NCBI RefSeq assembly: GCF_004684345.1 | Contig: NZ_CP038469.1 | Location: 4,041,440-4,065,439, forward strand | Length of the DNA: 24,000 nucleotides | From: Citrobacter tructae | GTDB lineage: Bacteria; Pseudomonadota; Gammaproteobacteria; Enterobacterales; Enterobacteriaceae | Reading direction: 5' to 3' | Shown: piece after piece, positions 21,529-24,000 of the stretch | How positions within the stretch are numbered: position 1 is the stretch's first letter | Layout of the letters: each line of letters opens with the position of its first letter | Position numbers and translations under genes: made by a program | Notes under the pieces: generated by a model | The model's database searches: none | The model's input: the letters and a program-made list of their open reading frames with translations, nothing else | Told to the model about the DNA's origin: nothing

Positions 21529-22203
21529 CTAATCTAGCTGAGCGATATCCAACGCTGCGCGATCAATAATACCGATGATTTTTTTGATCTGTGCATCGCT
21601 GGTGTCACCGTGATTGACTCGCAGATCCAGCACTGCTTTGAAGTTTTCCAGCGCGCGTTTCATCTGCGGATTTTTACGTAATTCAAAGCCCACGCAGCGC
21701 GCTTTAACACGTTCATGGATAAGCTCCAGATGCTCGCGGTTTTCCTCGAGCCACTGCTGACCCTGTGCCGTGATCGTAATCTGTTTACGCCCGCCTTCCT
21801 CTTCGCTGATGACGATCAACTGCTGATCCTGCAAGAAATCCAGCGTCGGATAAATCACCCCCGGACTTGGCGTGTAGTTACCCTGAGTCAGCGTTTCAAT
21901 GGCTTTTATCAGCTCATAGCCGTGGCTGGCGTCGCGGGTCAAAATATCCAGAATCACCAGGCGTAGTTCGCCGTGGCCGAAAAATCGCTGACGACGCCCG
22001 CCGCCGCCCCGACCATGTCGATGCCCGCAGCCGTGCTCGTGGTGATGTTCCTTGTTGCAGCCTTCGTGGCGATGCTCTTCACCTTTGCAGCAACCTGCGT
22101 GATGCTCGCTGTTATGGCCTTCGTGGTGATGTCCTTCACCGTTGCAGCAGCCTTCGTGTTGGCGTTCTGCATTCTTGCAGCAACCGTCATGTTGGTTTTG
22201 CAT
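21529..22203 (-). CDS. yqjI: PadR-family Ni/Fe-responsive repressor YqjI with a His/Cys-rich N-terminal tail
   Basis: This is a 224-aa ORF with an AGGAG Shine-Dalgarno sequence. The C-terminal roughly 150 aa match E. coli YqjI (RRQRFFGHGELRLVILDIL...GYELIKAIE...YPTLDFLQDQ). The N-terminal roughly 68 aa is a Cys/His/Glu/Gly low-complexity metal-binding region. Confidence 0.9.
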   Translation of the reverse strand: MQNQHDGCCKNAERQHEGCCNGEGHHHEGHNSEHHAGCCKGEEHRHEGCNKEHHHEHGCGHRHGRGGGGRRQRFFGHGELRLVILDILTRDASHGYELIKAIETLTQGNYTPSPGVIYPTLDFLQDQQLIVISEEEGGRKQITITAQGQQWLEENREHLELIHERVKARCVGFELRKNPQMKRALENFKAVLDLRVNHGDTSDAQIKKIIGIIDRAALDIAQLD

Positions 22204-22220
22204 GATTGTCTCCTGACGTT

Positions 22221-22249
22221 GTTTAGATATATCTAATTTATATCTAAAC
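22221..22249. promoter_or_regulatory. Palindrome cluster (putative YqjI operator) in front of yqjI
   Basis: The sequence is GTTTAGATATATCTAATTTATATCTAAAC. It contains a perfect 14-bp palindrome, TTAGATATATCTAA (22223-22236), and an extra ATATCTAA half-site (22240-22247). The outer 11-bp arms are also mutually complementary. The cluster lies 18-46 bp upstream of the yqjI ATG. Confidence 0.55.
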
Positions 22250-22264
22250 TATGATTATTTGCAA
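22237..22264 (-). promoter_or_regulatory. Candidate sigma70 promoter of yqjI
   Basis: On the minus strand I read a -35 TTGCAA (22264-22259), a 16-nt spacer and a -10 TATAAA (22242-22237). The -10 and the predicted transcription start site fall inside the palindrome cluster. Confidence 0.4.
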
Positions 22265-22362
22265 GTCTATGGTTTTTGAAATTTTTAATTTGCTGATTTT
22301 AATGTTTATTTTTATCAATTGATCGAAAGGGTGTTCACGGTATGACTGTATCAAAAAAGTGC

Positions 22363-22391
22363 TTGCAATCTTTGTTATTAGCAATCATTAT
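22363..22391 (+). promoter_or_regulatory. Candidate sigma70 promoter of yqjH
   Basis: I read a -35 TTGCAA (22363-22368), a 17-nt spacer and a -10 CATTAT (22386-22391). The spacer and the -10 are overlapped by the Fur box. Confidence 0.4.
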
Positions 22392-22392
22392 C
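22374..22392. promoter_or_regulatory. Fur box upstream of yqjH
   Basis: GTTATTAGCAATCATTATC matches the Fur consensus GATAATGATAATCATTATC at 14 of 19 positions, and the right half AATCATTATC is perfect. yqjH is a known Fur-regulated gene in E. coli. Confidence 0.7.
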
Positions 22393-22406
22393 ATTTAATA
22401 ATGAAT

Positions 22407-22417
22407 TTAGATATATC
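22407..22417. promoter_or_regulatory. Second copy of the TTAGATATATC operator motif in front of yqjH
   Basis: TTAGATATATC is identical to the first 11 nt of the perfect palindrome at 22223. It lies between the candidate yqjH -10 and the ATG at 22443. Confidence 0.5.
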
Positions 22418-22442
22418 GTATTATCCTCACGAAGGCGAAAAA

Positions 22443-23225
22443 ATGACAAAAAATACCTCCCGCTACCCACAGCGCGTTCGTAATGAACTGCGTTTCCGTG
22501 AACTTACCGTCCTGCGCGTTGAACGTATCAGTGCGGGTTTTCAGCGTATCGTGCTGGGTGGGGAGGCGCTGGACGGCTTCACCTCACGCGGCTTTGATGA
22601 CCATACCAAGGTTTTCTTTCCTGAGCCGGGCAGTCATTTTGTACCGCCGGTTGTTACCGATGAGGGCATCGTCTGGGCTGACGGTGTGCGCCCTCTATCC
22701 CGGGACTACACGCCGCTGTACGATGAAGCACGCCATGAACTGGCGCTGGATTTCTACATTCACGACGGTGGCGTGGCGAGCACGTGGGCGATGCATGCCC
22801 GCGTGGGTGACAAACTGACGATTGGTGGGCCACGCGGTTCGCTGGTGGTGCCAGAAGAGTATGCGTATCAGGTTTACGTGTGTGATGAATCAGGAATGCC
22901 CGCGCTGCGCCGTCGCTTGGAAGCGCTCAGTCGTTTAGTGGTTCGTCCTCAGGTCACGGCGCTGGTGAGCGTGCAGGATGCGGCGTATCAGGACTATTTT
23001 GCTCATCTCGATGAATTTACTATTCAGTGGTTTGTCGGCCATAACGCGCAGGCGGTGGACGAACAATTATCACGGCTGGCCGTGCCCGCAGAAGATTATT
23101 TCATCTGGATTACCGGCGAAGGGAAAGTGGTGAAAAACCTGAGTGCCCGCTTTGAAACCGAAGCGTTTGACCCTCAACTGGTGCGCGCGGCAGCCTACTG
23201 GCATCAGCGTAAAGAGGCAGATTAA
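22443..23225 (+). CDS. yqjH: NADPH-dependent ferric-siderophore reductase YqjH/NfeF (siderophore-interacting protein family)
   Basis: The ORF track starts at 22359. The ATG at 22443 (MTKNTSRYPQRVRNELRFRELTVLRVERISAGFQRIVLGGEALDGF...) matches the E. coli YqjH N-terminus. The FAD-binding motif RDYTP and the NADPH domain are present. The gene is divergent from yqjI as in K-12. Confidence 0.9.
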   Translation: MTKNTSRYPQRVRNELRFRELTVLRVERISAGFQRIVLGGEALDGFTSRGFDDHTKVFFPEPGSHFVPPVVTDEGIVWADGVRPLSRDYTPLYDEARHELALDFYIHDGGVASTWAMHARVGDKLTIGGPRGSLVVPEEYAYQVYVCDESGMPALRRRLEALSRLVVRPQVTALVSVQDAAYQDYFAHLDEFTIQWFVGHNAQAVDEQLSRLAVPAEDYFIWITGEGKVVKNLSARFETEAFDPQLVRAAAYWHQRKEAD

Positions 23226-23959
23226 TAATTTGACGGCGGAACACCAAACGCCTGACGAAATGCGTAGCTGAATGCCGCGGTGCTCGAATAACCCACGTCG
23301 AGCGCCACGGCGGTGACGCTTTTATTTTGCTTCAGCATTAACACCGATTCCAGAATACGCATTTTTTGCTTCCAGACGCTGAACGGTAATCCGGTCTCTT
23401 TTTTGAAATGGCGTGAAAAGGTCCGGGCGGACATACCGAGATGATTGGCCCAATACTCTACCGAATGTTCCAGCGCCGGAGATTCTTGTATTGTCCGGCA
23501 CACTTTTGTCAATTCAGGATCCTGCGGCCAGGGTAATACAAAGGCGACTTCCGGTAATTGCAAAATAATATCGACCAGCACGCTCACCAGCTTCCCTTCT
23601 TTTGACTGGCTATCGTAATGACCTGAAATTAAGTTGGTGGCGTAATGAATAAACTCTCTGGCGAAATCACTGATCGCCACCACTTTGCACTCGTTGATGC
23701 TCTTCTCCAGAAAGCCCGGTTTTATATCCAGGTTCTCTAAATACACATCATCCAGCGCCCACACCGCATGCTTAATATTATTCGGGATCCAGATACCGTA
23801 ATGCGCGGGGATTATCCAGCACTTGCCGGCGACATCAATGCGCATGCTTCCCTTACGGGCGAAATGAAACTGAGTAAAAGCGTGTGAGTGTTGCGGAACA
23901 TGGTTATTAGCTTCAAGGACATAAGAGCGAAAGTAAACGTCCTGTGGTAAGTCCGCCAT
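23222..23959 (-). CDS. AraC/XylS-family transcriptional regulator (N-terminal cupin-like sensor + C-terminal double HTH), function unknown
   Basis: The 245-aa ORF has a typical AraC HTH C-terminus (EYWANHLGMSARTFSRHFKKETGLPF...VALDVGYSSTAAFSYAFRQAFGVPPS) and an N-terminal His-containing cupin-like segment (HSHAFTQFHF...). I could not identify a strong Shine-Dalgarno sequence. I do not recognise it as a named gene. Confidence 0.8.
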   Translation of the reverse strand: MADLPQDVYFRSYVLEANNHVPQHSHAFTQFHFARKGSMRIDVAGKCWIIPAHYGIWIPNNIKHAVWALDDVYLENLDIKPGFLEKSINECKVVAISDFAREFIHYATNLISGHYDSQSKEGKLVSVLVDIILQLPEVAFVLPWPQDPELTKVCRTIQESPALEHSVEYWANHLGMSARTFSRHFKKETGLPFSVWKQKMRILESVLMLKQNKSVTAVALDVGYSSTAAFSYAFRQAFGVPPSNY

Positions 23960-24000
23960 TGAATCATCTGGGAAGGAATTCCACTGTTTTTGCCTGATGG

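Noticed and set aside
21867-22236. Three overlapping extra ORFs (112 aa +, 87 aa +, 78 aa -) over the yqjI 5' region.
   Set aside because: They are a consequence of the His/Cys/Gly repeat DNA lacking stop codons in several frames. The frame giving the PadR-domain fusion is the only one with homology and a Shine-Dalgarno sequence.

Overview
This window is an enterobacterial core-chromosome segment. It is collinear, in reverse orientation, with the E. coli K-12 b3070-b3090 region: ygjV' - sstT - alx - ygjR - ygjP - rlmG - fadH - ygjK - ygjJ - ygjI - ebgC - ebgA - ebgR - ygjH - patA - aer - yqjI - yqjH. An AraC-family regulator that I do not place at this position in K-12 follows yqjH. By eye the proteins are roughly 85-95% identical to the K-12 versions I recall, so the source is probably an Escherichia/Citrobacter-like relative rather than K-12 itself. 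All large genes look intact. I saw no IS elements, integrases, tRNAs, CRISPR arrays or recognisable defence systems. Most regulatory signals can be read directly from the sequence: the alx yybP-ykoY/PRE leader, a perfect 23-bp ebg operator, sigma54 + NtrC sites for patA, a sigma28 promoter for aer, a Fur box plus palindromic operators between yqjI and yqjH, REP-like hairpins and intrinsic terminators. Four points seem worth follow-up. (1) ebgAC-ygjI-ygjJ-ygjK looks like one co-oriented, EbgR-controlled, three-compartment glycoside-utilisation module of unknown natural substrate. I propose a testable hypothesis: a Glc-alpha1,2-Gal-beta-linked amino-acid glycoside such as the collagen hydroxylysine glycan. 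(2) A second EbgR-type palindrome sits directly in front of ygjH. (3) Relative to K-12 there are lineage-specific indels: ygjQ and higBA are absent, and an AraC gene overlaps the yqjH stop codon. (4) The His/Cys-rich tail of YqjI is expanded and repetitive. The window is mostly ordinary, and none of these findings is proven to be a novel system.
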